A stretch of DNA of 63,909 nt, filler included, from Octopus bimaculoides (lineage: Eukaryota), in assembly GCF_001194135.2 (NCBI RefSeq). It is 4 parts of 4 records of this genome, joined end to end, with 100 filler letters (N's around TTAATTAATTAA, not from the genome) between each part and the next. Parts side by side here need not be neighbours in the genome. Positions count along the whole stretch, not along the records: positions 1 to 30,528 come from NC_068988.1; 3 more parts are not named here. One strand, written 5' to 3'. The notes beneath the pieces are model-generated. The model worked only from the letters and a program-made list of their open reading frames with translations. It was not told the origin of the DNA and did no database searches. A program made the position numbers and the translations under genes. Below, one piece after another: positions 13,546-28,062 of this stretch (positions are counted from its first letter, which is position 1; each line of letters opens with the position of its first letter).

Positions 13546-15520
13546 AGAGAGAAGCTATCTATCCATTTATCTCCATGTGTGTGTGTGTGTGTTTCTGTGT
13601 GTATGTGAGTGTGTGTGTGTTCATTATAAGTACATATATANNNNNNNNNNNNNNNNNNNNNNNNNNNNNNNNNNNNNNNNNNNNNNNNNNNNNNNNNNNN
13701 NNNNNNNNNNNNNNNNNNNNNNNNNNNNNNNNNNNNNNNNNNNNNNNNNNNNNNNNNNNNNNNNNNNNNNNNNNNNNNNNNNNNNNNNNNNNNNNNNNNN
13801 NNNNNNNNNNNNNNNNNNNNNNNNNNNNNNNNNNNNNNNNNNNNNNNNNNNNNNNNNNNNNNNNNNNNNNNNNNNNNNNNNNNNNNNNNNNNNNNNNNNN
13901 NNNNNNNNNNNNNNNNNNNNNNNNNNNNNNNTAAATTGAATTTTAAGGAGCCAAGTTATTGAATATTCTTAAGGAAAGAGTAGACAACAGGGAAATTGTT
14001 ATTCATCGTAAAGTAACACTGACATAAAATCAACTTTCGTATTCAAATAAGTACACGATTGATTGTTTTTCGTGCGGATCCTGCCAAATAAACCTATATT
14101 TTAGAAAAAAAAGGTGTCTTCGTTGCTGTCTACTTGCCGTCTATTCTTTCTGATTTTTTTTTCTTTTTTTTTTGCTTTGTTTTTACGTTTTCTTCTCTCT
14201 AATTCAACATCGTTAGTTGTGTTCGTTTTGACATGCCTGTGAAAATTATATACCTTTGCTATATATTTTACTTTCCCCACTCCGCTTATTAGAATTTTAT
14301 TTGCATTGTAAGTTAGCATTTGAATTATTTATTACATACTAATATATGCTGCCCTGTTCCAACACCATCCTAATTGTCGAGTGTGAATGTTGAGTTTAAA
14401 TCAATAAAAAAAATATTATGCCGGGGGCTTCAAAGAGAAATCGAATCTCAAAATGTTTCTGAGCTATGAAATCTATAATCTTCCAAAGTTTCACAAAATA
14501 AAATTAAGGTGCTTCAGCGATATAATTCCTTGAAATCGAAGGCAGTTGCATGTTTGTTGTTTCATGTATTCTTTCGTTTTATTTTTTATTTTCCGTTACT
14601 TTTGTTTTGTAGCCAAAGTACATTCTCTCTAATGGTGCACACACACTTATGATCACTTAAATTCCGACTATGTCCGATTCAAATTTTATTCAGACATTGA
14701 ATATAACAAAACTACATAATTCACTCCATCCCTCCGTTATTAGATTGCAGTATTTGCAGTGATGCACATCCAGCTGATATTTCTAAGACGTGGGATGATT
14801 TTAACTCCACCTCGGTTGCTATCGTATAAATTTATTAACGAAATTCATTTGCTTATTGTAAACGAAAGGTGGAATATGTTGGAAGCTTATTTTCAACTCG
14901 ATTCTGTTACGTTAACATGTAATGCACGTGATACGTACATGTATCATGTAGGGTACTAAATATATGTAGTACAATATACTCTACTTTATGTTAATCGTAC
15001 ATTTCTCAATGTATGAAACTGAAAAAACAGCCATCGTACCAACATATGCAGAAACACGTTTTGTTCGCTTCAACACATGTATGTTTATAGCCACATCCCA
15101 GTTATCTGTTCCCCACGCTAAAGGCCTTGGAGTCTCTCCCCTACTTCTTTTTTCTGTCATGTTCGTTTTAGGTTCTCTTTTCCTTTCTTTTCTTTGCTAC
15201 AGATTGTGAACTGCAGATATTTATATATTAAGATATTTAAGATATTTGTCTAGGAATTATATTTACTTGGCCTGATTGAGAGGATTAGTAAGTGCCATTT
15301 GGTCAGAAGTATTTCCTCTAAATAATTCTCAAAAGATTATAAAATAATTTGATATCATAAATCATTCACGAAGATGGGCAGAAAAACTATCGTTTAAGCT
15401 ACATCTGAGTAACGTCTATTAATGGATAATTAAATAATTCTATTTTCATTATGCAACTCCTGTAAATGCTTTTGTATATAACGCATCGTACAAAAATATA
15501 CTGCATCTCGATATTCTTTT

Positions 15521-15720
15521 CTACTCTAGGCACAAGACCCGATATTCTCTGGGGAGAGGGCCAGTCGTTTAGATCGACCCCAGTACGCAACTGGTACTTA
15601 GTTTATTGATCCCAAAACGATGAAAGGTAAAGTCGACGGAATTTGAACTCAGAACATAAAGACAGACGAAATACCGCTAAGCATTTTCCCCGGCAGCTAA
15701 CGTTTCTGCCAGATCGCGGC
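15521..15720 (-). mobile_element. tRNA-derived SINE, family with central cctttcatcctttcggggtcgataaa..aagtaccag motif (MetaSINE-like)
   Basis: Reverse complement of the family seen on + at 38425-38635, 38660-38845, 52155-52355 and 61210-61440, with partial copies at 56390-56480 and 61710-61810. The family name is from memory and needs a Repbase/Dfam check. Confidence 0.75.
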
Positions 15721-18189
15721 TTTACTGTATCTCAGTATTGACTGTACTAGTTGTAACACTATGCTATCGGCAGCAAAGACATAGATACTTACCTACCCTA
15801 CATCTTCTTGCTTCATCTGATTAACAAATATATTGTTGTGAATATGTAGATGTTTCTGTCATGCATGTGATATCCTATTTATTTTATTTTATTTTCTTAA
15901 GATGATATCTCAATGACCTCCGGTTTTTCACTTAGTCATACTATAAATCGATATTATTCTGTGATTAGCTTAATTACAAGATATGCACACACACACATAC
16001 ACACACAAACATACACACAACACACACAAACACACACACAAACATACACAAACACACACACAAACACACACACAACACACACGACTAGGCCTAATAAAAG
16101 AAAAATATTGAATAAACTTGCTCTGTTTAATTCAGATCATCTCACGGCATTCATTTCGAGAAATATGTAAACGACCAGACAAGTAGTTCCAGATAAACTG
16201 CACAAAAATGAAATCTTCAAATAGTAATCTTATTGTAATGGTACTTCCACAAACACACACATATAAATAGAGAGACATACTGTATCCAACAGATACCGAT
16301 GAGTAACAAGATTCTAATCGATTCCTGTCAGACTACCATTAATTTAATATAAGAATATAACAATAAAAATATCATACAGTTAGTTGGTTTAAATAACACG
16401 TATTTTCGTTTAAGAATCTACTGATTGTATTCTCTTATCTGAATATTATGACACTATTTAAATCTTTATAACAATGGCAGATGAGATCTCTACTTAGAAA
16501 GCGTTAATCCTATATCTCCACAAGTGTCATTCCTTGAGAGAAAACTAAAATTAAGCAATTAAATGGTATTTCTCTCTTCCACGAATAAACAAACATCAAA
16601 GAAATTGAAACACAGATATTCTTACAATTCGCATACACACACACACACTAACATTGTGAATATGTGCAGTTGTATGTCGTGTGTGGATTGTATGCGTAAG
16701 AATAATGTCGTCCCTGCATACATATATATGTGTGAGTTTTTGTTTAGCATGTATGTGCGTAGATACATACTCACAGGCACGTAAACACACACAGACACAT
16801 ATTGATATACTTATATACAAGCAAATATGTAGATACATATATAATGTAAACAGACTAATGTCTACTGCTACAATTGTTTCAATAGGTTTTTTTTTTATTT
16901 TGACGTAAGGCTAATGAAATTAGTTACATTGCGTGATGCGATGCGTTACATAACTTCCTATCCTTCGAGCAATCATGTCCACACTAGAGCAACGACTACT
17001 TGATTAATCATCAGATTTTTAGCAAGTGAAATTTCTAATCAGAATACAGACAGATGAAATTCAAGGTGGGTGTGTCTCCAAGCTGTCATTTAAAAGGTGT
17101 AGATAGATAGATAGACGAAAACTGTCGTAAATACAAACATCTATAAGAAGGCATTTAATTTACCAATCTCACCCACAAATGCCAGTAAAAGTAGACTTTA
17201 TCTAAATATAGCAGATAGAATTAAACAAGCGGTCATGGCCTGTCGGTGACAATGCCCTAAACAAACTATTTATTTTAGTACATCGTTTTACAATAGGCAT
17301 TAATCTTTCATTCATTTAATTAATGATAATAGTGGACAGAGGAAAAGCCGATAGGAAAATAATGTTAAGAAAAAGGAAAAAAGGATAAATGAAGTAGCGA
17401 AAAGGATAAATCTGCCAGGATAAAAAGAACAGAGAGGAAAAAAATAAACAAAAAATACAGAGCAAATTAGACAAAAAAAAAATGAGAATTGGTTTACAGA
17501 AGACTGTCCGGCTTTAAAAAAAAGAACAAATTAATAAATAGCTAGTTAATAGTGTGCCCTAAAATAAATGCTGATTCTATATGTAGTTATACATGTTACA
17601 TTTCAATGTATAAAATCATAAATTTATAAATTTATAGATTTATGAACAAATGTATATACAATAAAGAAATATGTAGAATCAGATAATTATTAGCCAAGAA
17701 TCTCCGAGTTGAAAGCTCAGATCTTCAAGAAGAAAAACTGAACTAAAGACACGATAAATAAGTAAAAAAAATATGTAAATTTAAAATTTATATTGGCCAA
17801 ATTTAGCGCCAAATTATTTAGAATGCAGTAAATCAATTAAAATCAAATAGGTCGAGTTGATAGTCAAAACATTAGCTAATGAATGAAATATTTGGGAATT
17901 GGGTAAATAAAGGCCGTATAAGTCATGACACCTATCAACGCTTCGAGAAATTATAGGAATATAGCATATTAAATATTATATTTTTTTGTGATTATAAATT
18001 ATGATATACTTATAATGTTATCTCAATGCTAGAATTAAAGCTTTAAACTATACATAATATACAATATATTAGTCATCGGTAACTAGGGTGGGCAAGAGTA
18101 GTTGAAAATGGTCTCTTACAACGATAAGGGTATAAATGTACGCCATGCTGCAGCTTTACAATTTTCTTGATGTGAAACTGGGTCCTTTA

Positions 18190-18480
18190 ACAGAGGACTC
18201 CTGTATTATAGGACGATGAAGCTGCCAACAAACTGCAGAGAGCAACGTGTTGGCATATCGCCGCCTCATCCAGCATGTCGCATTTCAGATGTGCCACAGT
18301 ATGCTTTTCATACCATAGTGCGTGGATCACTTCCGGGAAGTTGTGATCCACCATAATCAAAACCACACAAGCGGTATAACTGGTCTCTTCTCATTTTCAC
18401 CCTACTTTACGAATTACAACGGTAACAGCATTAACATAACGCAAGAAGATTTTTTGAATTAGACGCTCCTAAACTGGGAG
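18190..18480 (-). mobile_element. Possible heavily decayed RTE-like LINE fragment
   Basis: GC-richer block. Minus-strand pieces MLLPL..RVK..YTACV resemble the RTE post-RT segment ELLPLL..RVKG.LY.ACV; there are many stops. Confidence 0.25.
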
Positions 18481-19199
18481 TGCAGAATGGGGTAAATGTG
18501 TAGTGACCGCCATTCAAGAACTCCAGTTCATTTTCTTCATAATCCTTCTTCGGACCTCTTTTGAGATTTTCTCACCCGTTGATCATTCTATTACCTAGTC
18601 ATCTTTTTTATTCCTTTTTTTTCTCTTTTCGTTGTTGTTAAGTAATAAATATAACACATGCATTCGTGCACCGGGCAAATGCATAGAGCGGTGTCACCCG
18701 TGTTTATATTACGGGTTAAAATTACGCCGTGGTCAAATTTGCATTTAAACATTTTGGGTTCGAAACATTAAATACTAATTAGGCACTGAGGTTGATGAAA
18801 CCCTTTTGTTCTTTTCCCCAAAATGTCAAACCTTGTACCTCTGGTAAAAGTGATTATTTGTTCGTGTCGTTCATATTACGATGCTTTATCAAGCTCGCCT
18901 TTATTTCCTTCCAACTGCTTCTGTTTTATGGCCATTCTGATTTCGATATGTCTTGATGTTATATCCGTTGCATATTTACCCATAAAACTGTTCTGCATTC
19001 TGCTTATAACAACATCCATGTTCATATTTCAATATATCGTTCAACTTGCAACAATGTGCACTGAGGCATCATCAAAGGTTCTACTTGAGCTTACAACAAC
19101 ATCAACAAACAACTTACGAAACCGAAAACTGACCACTTCTGAATAACTGTTGTAGCAAAAGGGAGATATTACTAAAATTCTTCTGCTACTGCTACAGTG

Positions 19200-19510
19200 A
19201 AGCCGCATGGCTCAGAGGTTAGAGCGTAAGGCTCACAATCATGGGGTAGTGAGTTCAATTGACGGACTGGGCTGTGTTGTGTTCTTGAGTCAGACACTTT
19301 ATTTCACGTTGCCCCAGTTCACTCAGCTGTAGAAATGCGTTGCGACGTTACTGGTGTCAAACTGTATCGTCATTTGCCTTTCCCTTGAATAACAACGATG
19401 GCGTGTAGAGGGGAGGCTGGTATACTTGGGTGACTGCAGTCTCCCACGACCCTGCCGAGCCTTGTGCCTCGGAGGGGGTCATTCTCGGCAAAATATCATG
19501 TACATTCAAA
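19200..19510 (+). mobile_element. tRNA-derived SINE (second copy at about 49395-49690)
   Basis: A-box/B-box-like head (tggctcagaggttagagcg..gagttcaatt), then tgttcttgag..acactttatttcacgttg..ccagttcactcagctgta. The two copies align along most of their length. Confidence 0.75.
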
Positions 19511-21059
19511 AAAAATAAAGAAGAAGCGGGTATTTATTCTTTACCCTTTACTGCTACAGTACAGTTACTACCAACTCAGCTTCAACTCGTGACATTACTA
19601 CTAATACAGCAGTGATCATTACTGCCACATATACTGTAACTACTGCTTAATCTTCAACTGCTGCGACTACTATAAGAATAACAACAACAACAACTACTAC
19701 TACTACTACTACTACTACTAATACTATCACTACCACGACAATTGCTGCACCTGAACACACATTCATGACACCATGCTTGACCTGGTATTACTACTAATGT
19801 TACGACCTTGTATTTTGCAAAAGGAACCAACTATCAGCATGGCATGAACTTTGTAAGAAACCGATGTGAACTTAGAGAAGTTATATAATGAAATGTTAAT
19901 TTACTTCAGTATATTTTTCGTTCCTTTACAGAATAACAAAATTATCTTTCAAAGTGACTGAAGTCAGTAGCGTATGTTGATGCAAATGGCAATAATTTCT
20001 CTCTGTTTTCCATAAGCACATTCTAAAATTATTTTCTTCGTTTTTTTAATTAAAAAATTACTTGTATAAACACCTCTATTTATTTGCAATAGAAGATATA
20101 TATACACACACATTTATATATATATATATATATATAAAAGATAATAAGAGTGAAAAAACTACAGAAGGCTTGTGTTACATGGTTAAAGTATATATTTAAA
20201 TTATGTCAGAAAAATGTAAGAAAAATGTGACAAAAATGTTATAAAATCTTTTTGGTATATAAACATTGTATTTTGAGAAATAACCGGTTTCGTGTTGTCT
20301 CTTCAAATTTCTCTACTTCATTGTGTCGTGTTCGTTCCAGTCTGATAAAGAAGAGTTCTAGATAGGGGGAGGTAATTAGGGATTTCTTCCGGTATAAGTG
20401 AGATAATCGANNNNNNNNNNNNNNNNNNNNNNNNNNNNNNNNNNNNNNNNNNNNNNNNNNNNNNNNNNNNNNNNNNNNNNNNNNNNNNNNNNNNNNNNNN
20501 NNNNNNNNNNNNNNNNNNNNNNNNNNNNNNNNNNNNNNNNNNNNNNNNNNNNNNNNNNNNNNNNNNNNNNNNNNNNNNNNNNNNNNNNNNNNNNNNNNNN
20601 NNNNNNNNNNNNNNNNNNNNNNNNNNNNNNNNNNNNNNNNNNNNNNNNNNNNNNNNNNNNNNNNNNNNNNNNNNNNNNNNNNNNNNNNNNNNNNNNNNNN
20701 NNNNNNNNNNNNNNNNNNNNNNNNNNNNNNNNNNNNNNNNNNNNNNNTATATATATGGGTGTGTGTGGGTGGGTGTGCGTGTGTGTGTGTGTGTGTGTGT
20801 AAATGTGCGTGCGTGTATATATGCATGTATATATCTAAATATGTATGTACGTATATATATATATATATATATATATATACGTAGGTATACTTACTTATAC
20901 ATATGTGTGTGTATGTGTAAGTGTGTGTGTATATGTGCTTCTATGTGCTTCTAGGTATGCAATGCACGCGTGCATGTATTTATGTGCGTGTAAGTTTTTA
21001 TGAGATTTTCACAAGATAACGACAGTACTGTTCGTCACGTGTGATCTAAGAAACTAACA

Positions 21060-21114
<55 letters not shown>
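21060..21114. repeat. (TAG)n microsatellite
   Basis: Perfect run, read directly. One of dozens of (AT)n, (AC)n, (ATAG)n, (ATAC)n and trinucleotide runs; most N gaps are flanked by such runs. Confidence 0.95.
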
Positions 21115-21115
<1 letters not shown>

Positions 21116-21479
21116 ATCATTATATTCATTTGGCTTATCAATGTCAGTATTTCCACCATCTCTGTCAAATCAACTCTAAATATGAGCGTTGTTTTTGTTA
21201 ATTTTCATTTTGTTAATTTTTGGGCATTTTTCTTTTTACAATTTTTTATTTCTTTTTCCACATTTAATTTCTTTTATTTAATTCTCCTTGTTGTTTTCTG
21301 ATAGCACTTGGTAGGAATTATGTTTATCTAACGCTCACTCAATTTCCTATCCTATCTTTCCAGCTTATTAATATATTGCATTACATTCTATTTTGCGTGA
21401 TTATATATTCACACATTCATAATTGCACACGCAGACACATACATACTGCTTCTATTAATGTGTGTATGTATATATATAT

Positions 21480-21525
<46 letters not shown>

Positions 21526-22777
21526 CTGTGTCTGCCTGTGTGAATATACACACACAGAGACAGACAGACAGACAGGCAGACGGACGGGGAGAGAGTTTTA
21601 GACCCTGAGAGAGAGAGAGAGATTTCTGTACATCTACCCGTGTGCACATGCTTGTGTTTTGTATTTATGTATGTGTGTACATATTTTTGTATGTGTTTAT
21701 GAAAGCGTCTTTTTGTGCGTACACATTTGTGTGCGAAGGAGTTTTGTATTTATGAATTGGAAAGCCATTACAGGAAAATTTCCATAGCGTAACCGATGGA
21801 AAGTGTTGATAATTGCAATATATATCGATTACTAAACAGACATCTTGATTTAATATATAGGCCAAAATACGCTTCATTTGTAAGTAAATTATTTTGATAA
21901 TAATAATACAGAAGATAATTACTTGCAAGAACTATGAATAGCTACTTCGTTAGTTTATATTATGCATAATAATAAAAGATTGTAATTAGCCGATAAAGAG
22001 ACGGTTGGAGTATTCAAACGTTAACTATGGATGTGTTTGATAGCGGTTAGTTGTGTGTAAAGGTTCGATACCTTATTGAATAGCTAGATCGAGATTGCAG
22101 GTGTTTGGAGAGGTATATATTGTTAGAAGTTATAATAAAATAAAAGCATGACCTACAAAGGCACTTTTTTTTTTATTTAGAAATACCAAATGAGTAAAAT
22201 GTTGCAGAGTAAGCAAGTTGTGAATATAGATATTATGCGAATGAATCAACAGCGTTAGTTTGATGATATTTAAACAAGTAATTGCTTCGGTGTTTTCTGC
22301 CCACAAAACGATTCATATGTGGTTTAAGCATTGATACACAATATGCTTCCAAACTCTACGGCAAGTGTCCTACATATTCTGCATTGCTCATCTTAATTAA
22401 TTTGAATTGTGTCCATGCACATAACCCAGTTACTGAATACATGTTTAACAGTTACTTTCTAAGAATATCTTATACACTTTTTGTATTTTTCTCTTTTTTT
22501 TTTTTTCGATCGCAGTTATTCCACTCCAGAAATATCGAGGAACGAAATCGACTGTTTTTAATTTCTTCACATCAATTCCAGTAATTATAACATTTTGGTA
22601 CTGTTTCTTCGAATTCACTTCACCACAGAACAAGAGAATTCTGACACAACATGAGGTTGAAAATTATGACTTGGCATTACTTCTGTTGTTCAGCAATTTA
22701 CTAGGACGCACACATACAAAGAAGCAAACATACCTACTCATACACACTCTATAAATTAAAAGAAAAATTTTCATATT

Positions 22778-22821
<44 letters not shown>

Positions 22822-23394
22822 ATCAGTCTCACTCTATATATATAGGTCGATAATGTTCGCTGTTTGAACATTCAATGTGGGTTTAGAGTCAAGTTTTGGC
22901 TGCTACTTCAAGCATGGTGCTATCTCTTAGATACCCTTAATTATAATTTTAATAATAATTATTATCTTTTGAGGTTTTTATTCCCATGCAGTCCACCTGG
23001 TAGGATCGGTATTTTCAATAACGATCTTATCCTTACTTATAAGAATATATAGGTCGATAGATAGATAGATACATAGATACATACATANNNNNNNNNNNNN
23101 NNNNNNNNNNNNNNNNNNNNNNNNNNNNNNNNNNNNNNNNNNNNNNNNNNNNNNNNNNNNNNNNNNNNNNNNNNNNNNNNNNNNNNNNNNNNNTATACAT
23201 ATATATATTCATGTATATGTGTATATGTATATATATATATGTACGTGTGTGTGTATCTATATATGCATTTATATTTATGTATACGGTGTATGTTCTAAAT
23301 TTTACAATTTTAAACGAAAGTGTAAAACAAAAACAGGACGTCGCATCCAACAAGAAAAGTTTTTAAGAAACCCAAGTACACCAATTAAATCATA

Positions 23395-24029
23395 GCTGGG
23401 AGGTAAGTGTTTGCTCAAAAAAGCTGGTCTCAGCTACTAACACGGCGTCAATACTACCCCGAAGGCTGGAGTATGTGCTCTCCACTATCTCTCTGGGAAG
23501 ACTTTTAATCACCAGCTTCATCGTCGCCACCAATTTAGCCTTTGCTTTGCAGGTTCGTCTTTTTCTCAATTGCACCTCATACATAATAATCTATAGGATT
23601 ACAATCGGGCGAATTAGGAGGCCAGGCGTAGAGGCTACTTCAGTCGTAAAATTCTCCATCCATCACTTCTAACTCTTGTCGGAAGTAGAAAATGGAGCCG
23701 AATTGTCCTCCCGCTAAATATATAATCTTCCAACAGCAACCCTTTCCAGTCAGCCTTTAACCAGTCTCTAGAGTTATCTGAAGTAAGCTTAGGGTCATGT
23801 TCATTGAAGTAATGAACTTCGGCGTACTGAAAAAATCAGAACGGTTGCTGTGTCTCTTCTTGCTGGTCAAAACTTCACAGACTCTTCGTTGCAGCAATCT
23901 GTAGCACATCTTACAGCCTTTACAGTGTTCACAGAGCACAGAGCAACAGTGATAATATCGTTATATTGTAACCCGGCGCAAATCATTACGATATAGCTGA
24001 CTCTTTTTCTAATTTTGAGATGACCTGTA
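23395..24029 (-). mobile_element. Internally deleted Tc1/mariner transposase remnant
   Basis: Minus strand shows an N-terminal HTH-like stretch (KRVSYIVMICAG..), QDSAP, WPPNSPDCNPIDYYV*GAIEKKT and a C-terminal ..LRGSIDAVLVAETSFFE. One TIR-like end (TACAGGTCATCTC) lies at about 24017-24029. Confidence 0.8.
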
Positions 24030-26667
24030 ATAGACCATGAAAAGTAACTTTTTCTGAACTATAAATATGATATTTATTCCTTCCAATGCAGTAAACTGTT
24101 CACTAATACATGAAACTGTACCTGAACGAGAAAAAAGAGGAGACAAAATATTCCCAAATTTTTACCCGAACACCCTTCATGTATATAATTATTTACTCAG
24201 ACGTTCTTTCAGATTTGCAGCAGAGACTAATAGTTTAAATTTCAAAGACGTGCGACGTCTCTGAACTTGAAAGTTAGTAATTTTTATGTATATGCTTTAG
24301 ACGAATATTCCCCGTGGAAATTGTGTTGTTATTATGAAAATTGTAAGATTGTTGGAAGTTTATAGACAAATATATAATATATAATTTGTTCGGAATTTTA
24401 TTTGTTCTTTGTTTTGTCTTTTTCAAGCTTTCCATTCTTTTTATGATGCACAATTCAACATAGAATTGAATGGGCAGACTTAAGAGGTGGCTCTGAACGC
24501 TCTACAATTTTGTATATACGTCACCAATTCTACAAGGAGAGATGTTATCTAATATTTTTCACTGTACGTCAAGACATAAACAGTCATAATTATGGAAAGA
24601 AAGTGAAGACATAAACTGTGTATAATGTAAATCTACTACTTTACTATAACGTTAGTAATGTTTTGAGAAATATTAATACGCTGTATTACTATTTTATAGT
24701 CATATCAGTGTAACATTTTATCTGGGTAGATTTGAATATTCAATATAGTCGCAAGCATGGGTTGCATAACCATATGCTTAAAGATTCCTTCTCACAGCAT
24801 ATCATTCTATGTAAGTGTCTTCTAACATAGCCTCCGAAATGAAATTCACTGTCACACACGTTTTGGAAACCTACGTTATATATGTATGGGTGCTTCTTTG
24901 TGTGTGTATGTGCATGAGAGAAAGAGAAAGAGAGAAGGTGTGAGTTTTAATTTATGCCACTTAAAGCAGATGATTCTGCTCGTATAACCTAATATACCAT
25001 GTAAAAAAACAAACAATGTTTCAACATGCTCTTTTGAATAAATTGATCTTTCCTTCTATGTTCAAGTTTGTTGGATGTACACTGATAGAATTTTAGCTTC
25101 CATCTCTATCTGAGCGGTGGCACGTTAGCTATCAATATCAGCATAATGATATTATCTCCTATCACTTCAATCCATGAATATGATAGCATTATCCATATGA
25201 CTTTTCAAAACTCTCCATACTTACTCCACTATTTGCGTTTTATTTGCAGATAAATAGACCATTTAATTCACTTTATATTTTCCCGAATTCCCGCTGATCA
25301 ATAAAGACTGAGATTTAACCAATTTAGCCATTCATTTGATATTTTCCCATTAAAGTTAAAAGCAGCTACTCCCATTGTTTGCTTCCTAATATGTTACTAG
25401 TATTGTCCTATATTCACAATAATTCCTCTACTGTCGCCATTCGCCACACCTGAATAAGTGGAGATGACATAAATTCAACCGATGTTCTATATCTTGACAT
25501 TAGTCTATCTTTTAGAATATATATCTCCATCGATAATATTTCAAATTTCAAATCACCCCACTGGGAAATTTTGCTTATGTATTGTCTATAAATTTTATAA
25601 TGTTTATCGACAATATATAAGTAACACTATAGTTTCATCTCCTTATGTGCTTAGATATTCAACTTAAAATTCCTACAGCTGCAGTCAATCAGGAGCAGCC
25701 TCGACCCGAAATAAGTACAGCCGTACTACAGTAACAACAGCGTCTAAAACACTAATATACATTCGTCAAAAGTAAATTTTATCACATGAAAATTGTTTCT
25801 AATTCAAATATTTATAACTTATGCAGTATCGAGGAGATAGAGGTTAGGAAAATCATCAGAGCTCTGAGTACAATGTGTGTATGTTGCCAAAAAGTGTTAT
25901 AGACACGAGGTAAATCTTTCGACCATGTGGGAACGCTGAAATGAATATTAAACAAACTCAGAATATAAAATACTTAATTTATATAACTGAAAACTTATCT
26001 TACCTTTCACTTATATATATATATATATATNNNNNNNNNNNNNNNNNNNNNNNNNNNNNNNNNNNNNNNNNNNNNNNNNNNNNNNNNNNNNNNNNNNNNN
26101 NNNNNNNNNNNNNNNNNNNNNNNNNNNNNNNNNNNNNNNNNNNNNNNNNNNNNNNNNNNNNNNNNNNNNNNNNNNNNNNNNNNNNNNNNNNNNNNNNNNN
26201 NNNNNNNNNNNNNNNNNNNNNNNNNNNNNNNNNNNNNNNNNNNNNNNNNNNNNNNNNNNNNNNNNNNNNNNNNNNNNNNNNNNNNNNNNNNNNNNNNNNN
26301 NNNNNNNNNNNNNNNNNNNNNNNNNNNNNNNNNNNNNNNNNNNNNNNNNNNNNNNNNNNNNNNNNNNNNNNNNNNNNNNNNNNNNNNNNNNNNNNNNNNN
26401 NNNNNNNNNNNNNNNNNNNNNNNNNNNNNNNNNNNNNNNNNNNNATATATATAAATATATATTTCATATGTATATATGTTTATAGCAGCGACCCCATGTA
26501 AGAATATCTGAAGAAGGAATTTTATTCCGAAATATTATCAGACTATGGATGACTAAATTACAACAGGAATATAGCTCATTGTTTGTATTATAGTGCATTG
26601 TTGTACCATTCAAAATTTTTATTCTTTACAAACAATACCCAATGATTCAAGCGAACTGCAATATTCT

Positions 26668-26719
<52 letters not shown>

Positions 26720-27517
26720 TACGGTGGTTGATAACATGGGTCTCTTATGTAGAAGTGTGTCGTAGTGTTGTTAATATATGAACGAATTCATGTGTGTATG
26801 AGTTTTAACGGATGAAACATAGAATTAAAGACATCAGAAGAATATTTGGCTTCTCTTCCGCCCGCAACGAAGCGGAGAGACACAGCATCATACCTTCGTC
26901 CTCAAGCAATTCGTACTCCGTGAATGTAATAGGTTCATCAATGTGGCCTACTGGATGGCTCCGTAAGGTCCATGCGGTAGTGTCAGACTGGTCAGTGGTG
27001 TATGTCTGCGACTAGAAATGTATATATATATATATATAAATATGAATGTTGTGTCCTCAAATAATACGTAAATGTGTTTCGTTTTTACGAGAATTATTAA
27101 ATATACAACGGATGTAAAATATAAGGTTATCTTCAAGTATAAAAGAAATGTTATGTTAACATCACTTCTTGTTTCAAAGCAAATATTGTTCATAATTCGA
27201 AATATTACTGTTGTCTTGCCACTTCACTTTGAAAACTTATGTTTTATTGAGCTTCTTGCAGTAAGTACATTTCTCTGATTTGAATATCGTCGATTCATCC
27301 TTCCCCGAAGAATATAGAATATTCTATGTCTTATTCATTCTGTTACCATGTATTGTAATATATCTGTCACAGATTTTAACATATTATCTGCCCAAGATGT
27401 TTGAATGTCTTTTCTATTCAGAATGTTTTTTCTTATAGCTCCAACCAATAACGATGGAGTTTCATTTCGTTATCTGTATATATATATACGCGCGAGTATA
27501 TATATATATACGCGTGA

Positions 27518-27572
<55 letters not shown>

Positions 27573-28030
27573 ACCATATATTTATATATAAACGCATATA
27601 TATAGTAATGTGTGTATATATATGTAGAGAGAGAGAGAGAGAGAGAGAAACANNNNNNNNNNAGAGAGAGAAACAAACAGACATATATTCATAATGGCAT
27701 ACGCACATGTGTATATTTGAAATTGTTCACACAAGGTGTTGGCCTTACATCTCATATATTTGAATTTGTATATATTTTTTTATCAATTATTTTAAATTTA
27801 TTTTTTCTGAGTTTGTATTTTTTTTTTTTATCTCTTTTAATGTAAGACTTGAGAGAAAAATGGCAATAAATTCACACCAATGTAAGTATTAACATTTCAC
27901 GGCTCATTGATGCAAAAATAATATTTAGCAATAAAGCTTGTTGTCCGCAAACTATTTAATGATAGAACAGAAAATAGATAAGCACAAAAATAGAAAAGTA
28001 ATATAGTAAACAGGTTTTAAAGAGAAATAC

Positions 28031-28062
<32 letters not shown>

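Noticed and set aside
15792-15815. 24-nt minus-strand microexon candidate before a GTAAGT donor
   Set aside because: Too short to distinguish from chance, and no neighbouring exons were found.
18823-19146. 107-aa plus-strand ORF
   Set aside because: No recognisable motif, no splice context and a non-coding-like composition; a chance ORF is likely.
19200-19275. tRNA genes at SINE heads (also at 43986 and 58553)
   Set aside because: The A/B-box-like heads continue into SINE bodies, and I could not fold a complete cloverleaf.
22516-22560. Strong acceptor followed by YSTPEISRNEID, resembling the MMP motif NYTPDL.R.EVD
   Set aside because: There is an in-frame TAA two codons later and no MMP similarity beyond it; the other open frame is not MMP-like.
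27391-27410. PRC tripeptide as a cysteine switch
   Set aside because: It reads PRCLNVF rather than PRCG.PD, has a stop just upstream, and shows no exon structure.
27847-27881. ATG GCA ATA AAT TCA CAC CAA T|gtaagt as an MMP first exon
   Set aside because: It encodes only seven codons with no signal peptide, cannot supply the missing propeptide, and lies beyond two assembly joins.
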